A stretch of 64,000 nt of DNA from Trueperaceae bacterium. GTDB taxonomy: Bacteria > Deinococcota > Deinococci > Deinococcales > Trueperaceae. Below, one piece after another: positions 20,207 to 29,532 of the stretch. A program made the position numbers and the translations under genes. Numbering within the stretch: the first letter of the stretch is position 1; each line of letters starts with the position of its first letter. The notes beneath the pieces are model-generated. The model was not told where the DNA came from, made no database searches, and saw only the letters and a program-made list of their open reading frames with translations. Where the stretch lies: positions 2,112,001-2,176,000 of the forward strand of contig OZ243913.1 in assembly GCA_965213705.1 (NCBI GenBank), given 5' to 3'.

Positions 20207-21280
20207 TTACTGGCCGATTTGAATGCGCAACTCGTCCCAGGCGTCGTTGTAAAGCGCTTCGCGCTCGGGGTCTTGCTCGACGAAGAAAAGTCGTTCGCGC
20301 GTCTCCGCCGACGGGTAGATGCCGGGGTCGTTCAAGAGGTCGGCTTCGACAAAGTCGCCCTCGACCGCGGCCCGGTTGGGCGAGCCGTAAGCGGTGTAGT
20401 TCGAGATGTCCGCGCCGACTTGTGGGTCCAGGATGTAGTCGATGAAGGTTTCGGCAAGCGCTTTGTTGGGCGCGCCGACCGGAATCGCTAAGTTGTCAAT
20501 CCAAAAACTCGCGGCGTCTGCGGGAATCACGTAGGCGTAGGTGTCGCAGTCGCACTCGTCCATCACCTGAAAGATGTCGCCGGAATACTCGACCACAACG
20601 TCCGCCTCGCCGCGGACCAGCACTTCTTGGCCGTCGTCCTGGTTGATGTAGGTGACGTTGCCGCCGCGCTCGAGCAAGTAGTCTTTAGCCTCTTGAACCT
20701 TCTCGGGGTCTGCAGTGTTTGGGTCGTAACCGAGCTTGACCAGGGCCACACCCATCATCGAGCGGACGTCCTCCAGCCACGACACCGGCCCGTCGTACTC
20801 GAACACGTCGTCCCAGGTCGTAATTTCCCGGCCGACTTTTTCCGTGTTGTAGCCGATGCCGATGGTGCCCCACTGGTAAGGCACGCTGTAGGTGTTGTCG
20901 GGGTCGAAGTACAGCCCCAAAAAGGTGTCGTCCAGGTTGACGAGGTTGGGGATGTTGGACTTGTCGAGCGGCTCGAGCAAATCCTCGCTGGTCATTAGAA
21001 TCAGCACGGTCGAGGACGGCACCACGATGTCGTAACCGGGGTTGCCCTGGCGGATGCGCGCCAGCATGTCGTCGTCGGTGGGGAAGGTGTCGTACTGAAC
21101 GGTGACGCCGCACAACTCTTCAAAGTTTGGGATGGTGTCCTCGGCGATGTAGGTCGTCCAATTGTAGACGGTGAGGCTTTGGCCCTCGAAACCTTCGGGA
21201 CAAGTCCACGAGGTCGTGGGAGTTTGGGCAAGCGCGGTGGCGAGACACGTTGCAGCGAGGGCTAAAAACAGCTTTTTCAT
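20207..21280 (-). CDS. potD: Spermidine/putrescine-binding periplasmic protein (PotD/PotF family)
   Basis: Signal peptide, VYNWTTYI, GYDIVVPS, YSVPYQWGTIGIGYN, WIDNLAIP. Confidence 0.88.
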   Translation of the reverse strand: MKKLFLALAATCLATALAQTPTTSWTCPEGFEGQSLTVYNWTTYIAEDTIPNFEELCGVTVQYDTFPTDDDMLARIRQGNPGYDIVVPSSTVLILMTSEDLLEPLDKSNIPNLVNLDDTFLGLYFDPDNTYSVPYQWGTIGIGYNTEKVGREITTWDDVFEYDGPVSWLEDVRSMMGVALVKLGYDPNTADPEKVQEAKDYLLERGGNVTYINQDDGQEVLVRGEADVVVEYSGDIFQVMDECDCDTYAYVIPADAASFWIDNLAIPVGAPNKALAETFIDYILDPQVGADISNYTAYGSPNRAAVEGDFVEADLLNDPGIYPSAETRERLFFVEQDPEREALYNDAWDELRIQIGQ

Positions 21281-21417
21281 GCGTCCTCCTTTGAGAAGAA
21301 TGTCACAGGTAAGATACCATTCGGGAGTTTAAGGTGCAACGCGGACCCGTTCACGCGACCTTTAGGGGAGGGCCGCGCCTCGGTAAAAGCGTGACGGCCC
21401 GGTTTTTGGAGGCGAAC

Positions 21418-22275
21418 ATGTCCGGCAGCGAGTCGAAAGTTACCGACCCAACTTATCTTTTGGGCGACCAGTACAAAACGGCCGACAACCTGCGCGCCCG
21501 CATGGCGCTCCACCAGCGCTTCAGCACGAACAAAGAGGACTTTGCACGCTGGGTCTTCGACCATATTGAAGCGCCGGAAAGTGCGCAAGTGCTCGAGCTG
21601 GGCACCGGCCCCGCCAACTTCTGGGTTAAAAACCGCGAGCGGGTTCCGCAAGGCTGGCGGGTCACACTCACGGATTTGTCGCCGGGAATGCTCGAGGAGG
21701 CTAGGAAAGTGACGGAAAACATCGACGCCTCGTTCGCGTACAAACTTGTCGACGCCCAAGCCATCCCTTTTGAAGCCGATACTTTCGACGTCGTCATCGC
21801 CAACCACATGCTCTACCACGTGCCGGACTTGTCCAAGGCCGTCGCCGAGGTTCGCCGCGTCCTCAAACCCGGTGGCACACTTTACGCCGCGACGAACGGT
21901 AAGGGGCACATGCTCGAGCTGTACGACTTTGTGCGCGACCACCTCGCCGACCGTCTACCCGGCGTGAACTTTACGATGGCGGATACCGCAACCTTTCGCT
22001 CAAACTTCGGTTTGGAAAACGGCGGTGCGGTGCTTGCAAGGCAGTTCGACCACGTAAGCTTGGACACGCTACCCAACAACGCCCTCAGCGTCACCGAGGC
22101 CGAGCCGTTTATGGCTTACATTTTGTCGACGCACTCGGTCCAAGCGTCTTTGCCGGAGCCGTCGAAAGCGAAGGCCGCCGCGCTCATCGAAGAGGCGACG
22201 CGAGAAGTCGAAAGGCGGCTCGAGCGTGGCCCCATCCACATCACAAAAGCAACCGGCTTGTTCGTCGCCTTTTAA
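21418..22275 (+). CDS. Class I SAM-dependent methyltransferase
   Basis: GGAGG RBS; VLELGTGP, DLSPGML, FDVVIANHMLYHV, RVLKPGG. Confidence 0.9.
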   Translation: MSGSESKVTDPTYLLGDQYKTADNLRARMALHQRFSTNKEDFARWVFDHIEAPESAQVLELGTGPANFWVKNRERVPQGWRVTLTDLSPGMLEEARKVTENIDASFAYKLVDAQAIPFEADTFDVVIANHMLYHVPDLSKAVAEVRRVLKPGGTLYAATNGKGHMLELYDFVRDHLADRLPGVNFTMADTATFRSNFGLENGGAVLARQFDHVSLDTLPNNALSVTEAEPFMAYILSTHSVQASLPEPSKAKAAALIEEATREVERRLERGPIHITKATGLFVAF

Positions 22276-22350
22276 AAAGTTGAGTCAAACCACTTTCAAC
22301 TCGGTACTTTGGACTCGGTACTTTTCTCAATCCGGTAGTTTAACTACCTC
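22276..22350. repeat. Heptamer-periodic repeat element (ACTCGGTACTTTTC family)
   Basis: actcggt actttgg actcggt acttttc; reverse complement of the 5839 unit. Confidence 0.7.
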
Positions 22351-22380
22351 TCGACCCCTATATCAGCTAAGCTAAACCCT

Positions 22381-23652
22381 ATGTTGGACCTCAAGTTTAT
22401 CCGCGAGCAACCCGAAACCGTGCGCCGCGCGATTCGCGCCAAGCAGCTTCACGCCGCCGAAGCCAAGCTCAACCAACTCCTCGTGGTGGACGAAGAGCAC
22501 CGCCTGTTGCGGCAGGACTTGGAGGAAAAACAGGCGCTGCGCAACGCCAGCAGCAAACGCATCGGCGAACTGAAGCGCCGCGGCGAGAGTGCGGACGACC
22601 TCATGCGCGAGATGGGCCAGGTGTCCGAAGAGGTGAAGCGGCTCGAGGACAGGAGTCGCAGCCTGGACGCCGTTTTGCAAGAACTCATGCTCGAGATGCC
22701 CAACCCCCCGCACGAATCGGTCCCTTACGGCGCGAGCGAACACGACAACGTGGTCGTTAGGGAGTGGGGCGAGCGGCGCGCCTTTGAATTTACGCCTAAA
22801 CCCCACTGGGACTTTGCCGTGACACGCGGCTGGATTGACTTCGAGCGGGGTGTCAAGACGACGGGGGCGGGCTTTCCTATTTTTAAAGGTGACGGTGCCA
22901 AGTTGGTGCGCGCCTTGAGAAACTACTTTTTAGATACGCTGGTGGAGCAGGGCTATACCGAACTCGAGCCTCCTCTTATGGTTAACCCCGCGAGCGCTTT
23001 GGCGACCGGGCAGTTACCCGACAAAGAAGGGCAAATGTATGAAGTCACCGACGGTTTTTACCTGGTGCCGACTTCGGAACTGGTGTTGGCCGGGATGCAC
23101 CGGGACGAGATTCTGGATGAAAACGCCTTGCCGCTCAAATACACTGCTTTCAGCCCGTGTTTTCGGCGCGAGGCGGGCAGTTACGGCGCGGACGTGCGCG
23201 GCCTCAACCGCCTGCACCAGTTCGACAAAGTGGAGATGGTGCAGTTCACGCGGCCTGAAAACAGTTATGAAGCGCTTGAGACCATGACCGATGCCTCCGA
23301 AGCCATCCTGGAGAGCCTCGGTTTGACTTACCGCCGTTTGCTCATGTGTACGGGCGACATGGGTTTCACCCAAGCTAAAAAGTACGACATCGAGGTGTGG
23401 AGTCCAGGTCAAGAACGCTGGCTGGAAGTCTCCTCGCTCAGCAACATCACCGACTTTCAAGCACGTCGCCTCAAAACGCGCTACCGACCGGGGGGGCAGG
23501 GCAAGCCTGAATTGGTCCACACGCTGAACGGCAGTGCGATGGGCTTTCCGCGCACGATTGCGGCGCTGCTCGAGAACGGCCAGAACGAGGACGGCAGCGT
23601 CACTTTGCCCGCCGCGCTGCACGGTTATTTCGGGCGGGACCGCTTGGTTTGA
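22381..23652 (+). CDS. serS: Serine--tRNA ligase
   Basis: MLDLKFIRE, coiled-coil arm, LVPTSE, CFRREAGS, RLHQFDKVE, EVSSLSN, HTLNGS. Confidence 0.98.
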   Translation: MLDLKFIREQPETVRRAIRAKQLHAAEAKLNQLLVVDEEHRLLRQDLEEKQALRNASSKRIGELKRRGESADDLMREMGQVSEEVKRLEDRSRSLDAVLQELMLEMPNPPHESVPYGASEHDNVVVREWGERRAFEFTPKPHWDFAVTRGWIDFERGVKTTGAGFPIFKGDGAKLVRALRNYFLDTLVEQGYTELEPPLMVNPASALATGQLPDKEGQMYEVTDGFYLVPTSELVLAGMHRDEILDENALPLKYTAFSPCFRREAGSYGADVRGLNRLHQFDKVEMVQFTRPENSYEALETMTDASEAILESLGLTYRRLLMCTGDMGFTQAKKYDIEVWSPGQERWLEVSSLSNITDFQARRLKTRYRPGGQGKPELVHTLNGSAMGFPRTIAALLENGQNEDGSVTLPAALHGYFGRDRLV

Positions 23653-23718
23653 GGCTCGAGCCTTCGTAACACCCCTGGACGGTTGCAGTCCGTTCAAAAA
23701 ACGCCTGTTCTCACCTGT

Positions 23719-23955
23719 ATGACGATTGAACTTACTCAAGATGAGGAACGGCTCATTCGAGGGCTCATAGAAACCGGGCGCTACGAAGATGACCGCGCCG
23801 TGCTGAAGCAGTCGCTCAAACTCATTCAGGACTACGAAAGCCGCTTGGCTTACCTCCGCGCCGAAATTCAAAAAGGCGAAGACAGCGGGGACTACCGACC
23901 CTTTGACGTAGAGGACACCATCAGACGGGCGCGGGAGCGGCACGAGCAGCGTTGA
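23719..23955 (+). CDS. parD: ParD-family antitoxin
   Basis: MTIELT...IETGRY...LRAEIQKGEDSG; directly upstream of parE. Confidence 0.82.
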   Translation: MTIELTQDEERLIRGLIETGRYEDDRAVLKQSLKLIQDYESRLAYLRAEIQKGEDSGDYRPFDVEDTIRRARERHEQR

Positions 23956-24252
23956 CACCGAAAGTAGTTTTTCGCCCAGCGGCAGACGTCGACCTGCTCA
24001 TCCTCTGGGACTTTATCGCCCGTAACAACCCCAATGCTGCTGACAATTATCTTCGCTGGTTGGCGGACAAGTTCGAATTACTGGCAACCCAAACTTTTAT
24101 AGGCAGAGCCCGCGACGACTTGAAGCCCGGCCTGCGCAGTTTCGTGGCGGGAAACCACGTCATTTTTTATCTGCCTAACCCAAGACGGGATTGCTGTCGA
24201 GCGCGTTTTAGAGGGGCGTCAGAACGTAGAGGGCGTTTTTTCAGAAGGGTAA
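23952..24252 (+). pseudogene. parE: ParE/RelE toxin with a one-base-insertion frameshift near 24177
   Basis: ADVDLLILWDFIARNNPNAAD...IGRARDDLKPGLRSFVAGNHVIFY; the ParE-like C-terminus TQDGIAVERVLEGRQNVEGVFSEG* is in the next frame; the span is 301 nt. Confidence 0.8.
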
Positions 24253-24273
24253 GCGAAAAAGACCATGCGAGCC

Positions 24274-26208
24274 CTACCTGTTCCGCCCGCCCCCCGGTCC
24301 CCAGCGCCCGTGATAGCTCTCAGCCTTGGGTTCGGGCTCGAGCCGCTCGTCGCGCTTTTTGGGCGTGTGGGTCACAGGCTCGTCGTAGCCCTGTAAGTAC
24401 CCCCTGGCCTGAAGGTTGAACATCTGCGCGTAGGTTCCGGCGCGCGCCAGAAGTTCCTCGTGCGAGCCCGTTTCCGCAATCACGCCGTCTTCCAGCACGA
24501 CGATGTGGTCGGCCAGGCGCACGGTGCTGAAACGGTGCGAGATGATGACGGTGATGCGCCCCGCAGCTTGCCGGCGCAACGCTTCGACCACCTCGAACTC
24601 GGCGTTGGCATCGAGCGCGGCGGTGGGCTCGTCGAAAATCAAGACCGAGCCGCCCCGGAAGTACAGCCGCGCCAGCGCCACGCGCTGCCACTGCCCGCCG
24701 GAGAGTTGCCGCCCGCCCTCGAACCAGCGGCCGAGCTGGTTGTCGTAACCTTCGGGCAACGCCTCGATAAACTCGGACGCCCCAGCTTGAGCGCTCGCCG
24801 TCCGGACCGCCTCGTCCTCCGAACCTTCGCTGCGGCCCAAGGCCACGTTTTCGCGCACCGACATCTGGTACTGCCCGAAGTCCTGAAAGATGATGCTCAT
24901 TTCCTCGCGTAGGCTGCGCGGGCTGAAGCGCGTCGCGTCTTGCCCGTTGACGAGAATCACGCCCGAAGTCGGTTCGTAGAGCCGCGTCAGCAGTTTCACG
25001 AGCGTCGTCTTGCCCGCGCCGTTTTCGCCGACCAGGGCGAGCGCCTGCCCCCGTTCGACCCGGAACGACACGTCGCGCAACACGTCGGCGTCGGTCAGCG
25101 GGTAGCGAAAACTCACCCCCTGAAACTCGATGGTGTCAACCGGACCCTGCCAGGTCTCGCCCACGTCCAGGTCGCGGCTCGGCAACTCCAAAAACTCGAA
25201 CAGGTTGCGCATGTAGAGGAGGTTCTGGTAGATTCCCGTAAAACCAGACAGCAGGTTGGAAAACTGCCCCTGCAACTGCGCGATGCCCTGCACAAAGAGC
25301 GAAAAGTCGCCGACCGTGAGGAGCCCCTGCGCCGCGCGCCTCAACACGACAAGCGTCGCCGCGCCGATGAGTCCCGCCGAAAAGAGCGAAGCGCCCAAAC
25401 CCCAGGCACTGCGCCGCCGGATGAGCGACACGAGTTGGCCGCGGAACTTTTCGTAGTAAGTTTGCCAGCGCGTGAGGAGGTAGTTCTCAAAACCGAACAG
25501 CCGCACCTCTTTGATAGCGCCGTCGTTGGTGAGGAGGTAGCCGAGGTAGTTTTGTACGCGGGCGTCCGCCGCTTGCCGCCTCAGCATCCTATAACCTTGC
25601 GTGCCGAACCGGCTCGTCACCCACACGCCCGGCACTGCCGCGGCCAAGACCAGCGGCACCACGCTCGCCCCGAGCTGCGCCATGAGCGCGCTCACCGAAG
25701 CCAGGGTGATGACCGACTGGAGCAATGTGATGATTTGCGTGAACACGCCCAGGGGCCGCGAGCCCACCTCGCGGTAGGCGTTTTGCAGCGCGTCATAGGT
25801 GCCGGCGTCCTCGAACTGGGACAGCTCGAGCTGAGACGCTTTGCTCAAAATCCGCCGACTGATGCTGTTCTGCAGCCGGTCGCCCAAGAGTTCGCGGTTG
25901 GCGCCTTGCACGGTCGAGAGGAGGCTCGAGAACGCCCCCACCCCGACCTGGAGCAGCAACAGCCCGAGCAGCCGCCCGAACGCTTGGTCCACGCTGCCGA
26001 GCTGCCCGCTTACCGCCGCGGCGACCGCGTCGAACAGCAGTTTGCTTATCCACAGAGACGCCGCCGGGACGAAAGCTTGCACCAGGCTCAGCGCCGCAAT
26101 CAGGACTGTTTGCACCCGGCTCGCGTCCCAGACGAGCGAGAGCGTCGCGCGGAAGTCGCGCAGGTAGACGCGCCAGTTTTGCAGGGTCACGGCCTTGTCT
26201 GCGGTCAC
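24274..26208 (-). CDS. ABC exporter, fused permease/ATP-binding protein
   Basis: TM N-half; GENGAGKTT, LSGGQWQRVALAR, IFDEPT, ISHRFSTVR. Confidence 0.92.
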   Translation of the reverse strand: MTADKAVTLQNWRVYLRDFRATLSLVWDASRVQTVLIAALSLVQAFVPAASLWISKLLFDAVAAAVSGQLGSVDQAFGRLLGLLLLQVGVGAFSSLLSTVQGANRELLGDRLQNSISRRILSKASQLELSQFEDAGTYDALQNAYREVGSRPLGVFTQIITLLQSVITLASVSALMAQLGASVVPLVLAAAVPGVWVTSRFGTQGYRMLRRQAADARVQNYLGYLLTNDGAIKEVRLFGFENYLLTRWQTYYEKFRGQLVSLIRRRSAWGLGASLFSAGLIGAATLVVLRRAAQGLLTVGDFSLFVQGIAQLQGQFSNLLSGFTGIYQNLLYMRNLFEFLELPSRDLDVGETWQGPVDTIEFQGVSFRYPLTDADVLRDVSFRVERGQALALVGENGAGKTTLVKLLTRLYEPTSGVILVNGQDATRFSPRSLREEMSIIFQDFGQYQMSVRENVALGRSEGSEDEAVRTASAQAGASEFIEALPEGYDNQLGRWFEGGRQLSGGQWQRVALARLYFRGGSVLIFDEPTAALDANAEFEVVEALRRQAAGRITVIISHRFSTVRLADHIVVLEDGVIAETGSHEELLARAGTYAQMFNLQARGYLQGYDEPVTHTPKKRDERLEPEPKAESYHGRWGPGGGRNR

Positions 26209-26229
26209 GTCGTCACGGGGTTAAAGCCC

Positions 26230-26357
26230 GAGTAGGAGAGACAGGAAGTGGGGGAGAAAATTCTTAGTTGTTGATTGTTAATTTTTAGACTAAAAACCAA
26301 CAACCGACAACCCACAACCCTCTTTTTACTTTCCACTCGGTCCTCGGTACTTTCTCT
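26230..26357. repeat. Nested heptamer-periodic hairpin elements
   Basis: Outer purine arm gagtaggagagacaggaagtggg and pyrimidine arm actttcc actcggt cctcggt actttct; inner arms ttagttg ttgattg and aacaacc gacaacc cacaacc. Confidence 0.72.
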
Positions 26358-26771
26358 TCAACGTTTGAGCCCCAACAGCGCCATGACCGTCGGCACCGCC
26401 ACGACGCCGTGCATGATCTCGAGCGCCCAGCCTGTAATAGGGCTCAGTGCGGCCCTGATGGGACCTAATAGGAACAGTACGAACACAATAGCCGCAATGG
26501 TCAAAAAAGCTGGGTTCGGGTTGGCGAGAAACTTATCCAAGCCCCAGTACACCGCGCCGGCGACGAGTGCCGGGACGATGCTGAACAGCAAAATTGGTAC
26601 TAGCCCGACGTTGTCGGACACAGGAGTCTCAACGACGAGCAGCGGGCCGCCCAAAATGGCCCGCGCGATGAAGTAAACAACCGCGTTGATGGCCGCCGCG
26701 ATGACGCCGGCCGTGAGTCCCGCCCGCAGGGCCGCGCCGAAAGTAACGTTGGTGTTCGCTGTCGTGGTCAT
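26358..26771 (-). CDS. Small 4-TM membrane protein (DUF6069-like)
   Basis: Hydrophobic helices, LEIMHGVVA; coupled to the upstream gene. Confidence 0.7.
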   Translation of the reverse strand: MTTTANTNVTFGAALRAGLTAGVIAAAINAVVYFIARAILGGPLLVVETPVSDNVGLVPILLFSIVPALVAGAVYWGLDKFLANPNPAFLTIAAIVFVLFLLGPIRAALSPITGWALEIMHGVVAVPTVMALLGLKR

Positions 26772-27127
26772 AAAACTCCTTTAGGGTTTGAGTCTCGCCC
26801 CGCGCGCCGCGCTCGTTGTTGGACGGCGAGACTGTAAGAGCGTTCAAGCAGCGCCACCGCCCGCGCCACGTCTTCGTCTTCGCGAATATAAAAACTGACC
26901 CAGCCGCTCTCCGGCAAGACGTGGTGGCGTTCCGCCGCGCCCGCACCGACAAGCTCTTCACGAACCTTGACCGGAAACGGTACGTCTACGAGCCGGTCGC
27001 CGTGAACATGCCCGATTTCCCGCGTGCCGAGTCGGTACTCGAGCCCGCCGAAGCGGTGTGGGTGAACCCCTACACCTTCCCAGGCACCTACTGTTTTCTC
27101 GATGTCTCGCCCTGCACCCTCAACCAT
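26768..27127 (-). CDS. DUF5519/luciferase-like family protein
   Basis: PHRFGGLEY, REIGHVHG, DVPFP, HHVLPESGWVS. Confidence 0.8.
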   Translation of the reverse strand: MVEGAGRDIEKTVGAWEGVGVHPHRFGGLEYRLGTREIGHVHGDRLVDVPFPVKVREELVGAGAAERHHVLPESGWVSFYIREDEDVARAVALLERSYSLAVQQRARRAGRDSNPKGVL

Positions 27128-27144
27128 CCTCGTCCTCCAAACTG

Positions 27145-27158
27145 TTTAGCCGGCTAAA
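27145..27158. promoter_or_regulatory. Palindromic operator TTTAGCCGGCTAAA (probable MarR site)
   Basis: Perfect 14-bp palindrome; near copy CTTAGTCAGCTAAA at 27644-27657. Confidence 0.6.
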
Positions 27159-27598
27159 TCAAGCGGGCTCACCGTTGCTCAGGTTGTCTCGCACCTGTAA
27201 AAGCATTCTTCTGAACAGCGCCCGCTCCGGCTCGGTCAGGTTGGCGGTAACCTCTTCTTCCAACGTTCGCCACACGGTTTCGATGCTCGTCCTGAGCGCG
27301 TTGCCCCGTTGCGTCGTCCGGACGAACGAAACGCGGGCGTCGGTCGGGCAGGCTTGGCGCTCGAGCAAACCACTTTTCTCCATCCGCCGTACCATCCGCG
27401 TGACCGTCGGCGGTTGCACACCCAGCCGCTCGGCGAGTTGGGTAAGGGTCAAGCGGTTGTCTTGCCACAGCGCCACCAAAATCATCTCTTGCCCCACGTG
27501 CACGCGAACTCGGCTAGTAGCTCGCCCGTGCGGGCGCGATGCGCCTTGCAGATTTGCACGACGAGGTAGTTGACGGATTGTGGAGAGCAGGAGTCCAT
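27159..27598 (-). pseudogene. MarR-family regulator with a 1-nt deletion near 27504
   Basis: MDSCSPQSVNYLVVQICKAHRARTGELLAEF then a frame change to VHVGQEMIL...LAERLGVQPPTVTRMVRRMEKSGLLER...DAR; the span is 440 nt (one short of 441). Confidence 0.8.
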
Positions 27599-27641
27599 AC
27601 CTTGAACAATTTTCCAGCCGACGAACCTCTCGACTTAAAAC

Positions 27642-27670
27642 AGCTTAGTCAGCTAAACAAAATTTGTCAA
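27642..27670 (-). promoter_or_regulatory. Promoter TTGACA-17nt-TAAGCT overlapping the second operator
   Basis: Minus strand TTGACA aattttgtttagctgac TAAGCT. Confidence 0.7.
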
Positions 27671-27831
27671 GTGAAAGATGCTGTGCACGTTGCAGCATCT
27701 TGGGTGTTGAGGCTCTAAGGCGGGCTCGAGCCTACAAAAAGCCTGTTGGAAAGGCTCGTTCAGCAACCTTTCCATTATTGTGCCAACTGGCGAAATTCTT
27801 TCAGCGCTCAGTTCTAAAGGTGGAGACGCCC

Positions 27832-27872
27832 GGTTACGAATTGGTTACGACACCGAAAACCGACTCGTAACC
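27832..27872 (+). promoter_or_regulatory. OmpR-type tandem site GGTTACGA x2 (11-bp period) plus inverted copy TCGTAACC
   Basis: Copies at 27832, 27843 and 27865 upstream of a gene adjacent to a response regulator. Confidence 0.5.
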
Positions 27873-27947
27873 GCACCCTTCTAAACTCTGGGTTGTAGGG
27901 CGGCAGGCAACCTTGACCGGCTCTGCAAATTTGATAAGGAGGACAAC

Positions 27948-28724
27948 ATGAACACCAAGACAAAAGAAAGACTCGCCGCCCTCGGGCTGACAGGCGCGCT
28001 ATTGGGCGGAGGCGCGCTCGTCTTCGCGCAAACCCAGACCACGCCGGCTCAAACCACGCCGGCTCAGACCATACCGGCCCAAACCACACCGGCTCAGGTG
28101 ACGCCGGACGGCCTGAAAGCCGGGCGTTTCGGCCTGAACGGGCGCGGTTTCGGCTTGCACGGCGCGGGCTTCGGGCGTTTGGCGCTGGGCACGACTGTCG
28201 AAGTTGCTTTTTACGACGGCGACCCCGCGGCGGGCGGCACCGTCACCGATACCCTGAACTTTACCTATGGTGAAGACAGTGAGGCGGGCTTCGTCCAGTC
28301 GCTCGAGGCGGCGCGGCAAAGCGCGGCCTACATGACGGTGAACATCGGCGAGCAAACCCGGACGGTGGACCTCTCCGCGGTCACGCTGCCGACGAACGGG
28401 CGCGGGCTGTTGCCGCACGAGTTGGCTCGAGGCTTAGGCGACGACAGCACCGTCACCGCCACCTTTTACGACGGCGACCCCGAAGCGGGTGGGCAGGTCA
28501 CCGACACTCTCACTTTCACTTATGGCTCAGACAGCGAGGCGGGCTTTGCCGACAGTTTCTCGACCGCCGCCGAAACTGCCGACTTCGTGACGGTTACGAC
28601 GAGCCCACAGTCTTACACGGTCGACCTGTCCCAGGTGCAAGCGCGGGGCCGACTCGGTCTCGGCGACAGCTTCAACGACGGCTTTGGACAGCGTGGTTTC
28701 GGCGGACGCCGCGGTCACAGGTAA
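27948..28724 (+). CDS. Secreted hypothetical protein with QTTPA repeats and a duplicated ~60-aa domain
   Basis: GGAGG RBS, signal peptide; FYDGDP..GG.VTDTL.FTYG.DSEAGF...TVDLS occurs twice. Confidence 0.8.
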   Translation: MNTKTKERLAALGLTGALLGGGALVFAQTQTTPAQTTPAQTIPAQTTPAQVTPDGLKAGRFGLNGRGFGLHGAGFGRLALGTTVEVAFYDGDPAAGGTVTDTLNFTYGEDSEAGFVQSLEAARQSAAYMTVNIGEQTRTVDLSAVTLPTNGRGLLPHELARGLGDDSTVTATFYDGDPEAGGQVTDTLTFTYGSDSEAGFADSFSTAAETADFVTVTTSPQSYTVDLSQVQARGRLGLGDSFNDGFGQRGFGGRRGHR

Positions 28725-28782
28725 ACCGGGTCGTGACGAACCTCGCTTTACGCCCAGGGGCGTGACGAGCGACGTGAACAGC

Positions 28783-28824
28783 GCAGTGAGGCGTCGGGCG
28801 GAATACTCCCCGACGCCTCACTGC
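28783..28824. terminator. 16-bp stem-loop
   Basis: gcagtgaggcgtcggg ... cccgacgcctcactgc; no U-tract. Confidence 0.55.
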
Positions 28825-28875
28825 CCGACGTCTCGCTGCGTAAACCCATCCCCGGAAACGGATTAGGCTAGGTCT

Positions 28876-29532
28876 ATGCGTTTGTTGCTGGTCGAAGACG
28901 AACCCAACATTGCCAAACCCGTGTTGCGCGCCCTGGAAGCGCAAGGCCACAAGGTGCGGCACGCGCCAGACCTGGAGACGGCTCGAGACCTCTTTTTGGA
29001 GGCCGAACCCGACCTGATGCTTCTGGACGTGCGTTTGCCGGAAAGCGAGGACGGCGGCTTCGTGCTGGCTCGAGAAGCGCGCGCCGCGGGCTACGGCGGC
29101 CCGATTTTGTTCATGACCGCGCGGGACGCCCTCGCAGACCGCGTCATGGGTTTGGATGAGGGCGGCGACGACTACGTGGTCAAACCCTTCGACTTGCCCG
29201 AGTTGCTGGCTCGAGTGCGGGCGTTGTTGCGGCGCGTTCAAGAAGTCAAAACGAGCCGCATCGAACGCGGGCCTTTGGACCTCGACCTGACGAACCGCAC
29301 CGTGCGTTGGGCGGGAGTCCCGGCGGAACTTTCCAACCGCGAATACGCGCTCTTAGAACGCTTGGCGCTGTCGCCGAACCGCACCTACAGCCCTGAAGAC
29401 TTGGTCGACCTCGTGTGGGGTGACGAGGCGCAGGGTACCGGCGTGGTCAAGGTATGCGTGCATCACCTGCGCAACAAGCTGTCCAGCGAGGTGGTGCGCA
29501 CCGTGCCGGGCGGTTACCGCCTGGGCACATGA
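28876..29532 (+). CDS. OmpR/PhoB-family response regulator
   Basis: MRLLLVEDE, LLDVRLP, FMTARD, DDYVVKPF, wHTH with RTVPGGYR. Confidence 0.95.
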   Translation: MRLLLVEDEPNIAKPVLRALEAQGHKVRHAPDLETARDLFLEAEPDLMLLDVRLPESEDGGFVLAREARAAGYGGPILFMTARDALADRVMGLDEGGDDYVVKPFDLPELLARVRALLRRVQEVKTSRIERGPLDLDLTNRTVRWAGVPAELSNREYALLERLALSPNRTYSPEDLVDLVWGDEAQGTGVVKVCVHHLRNKLSSEVVRTVPGGYRLGT

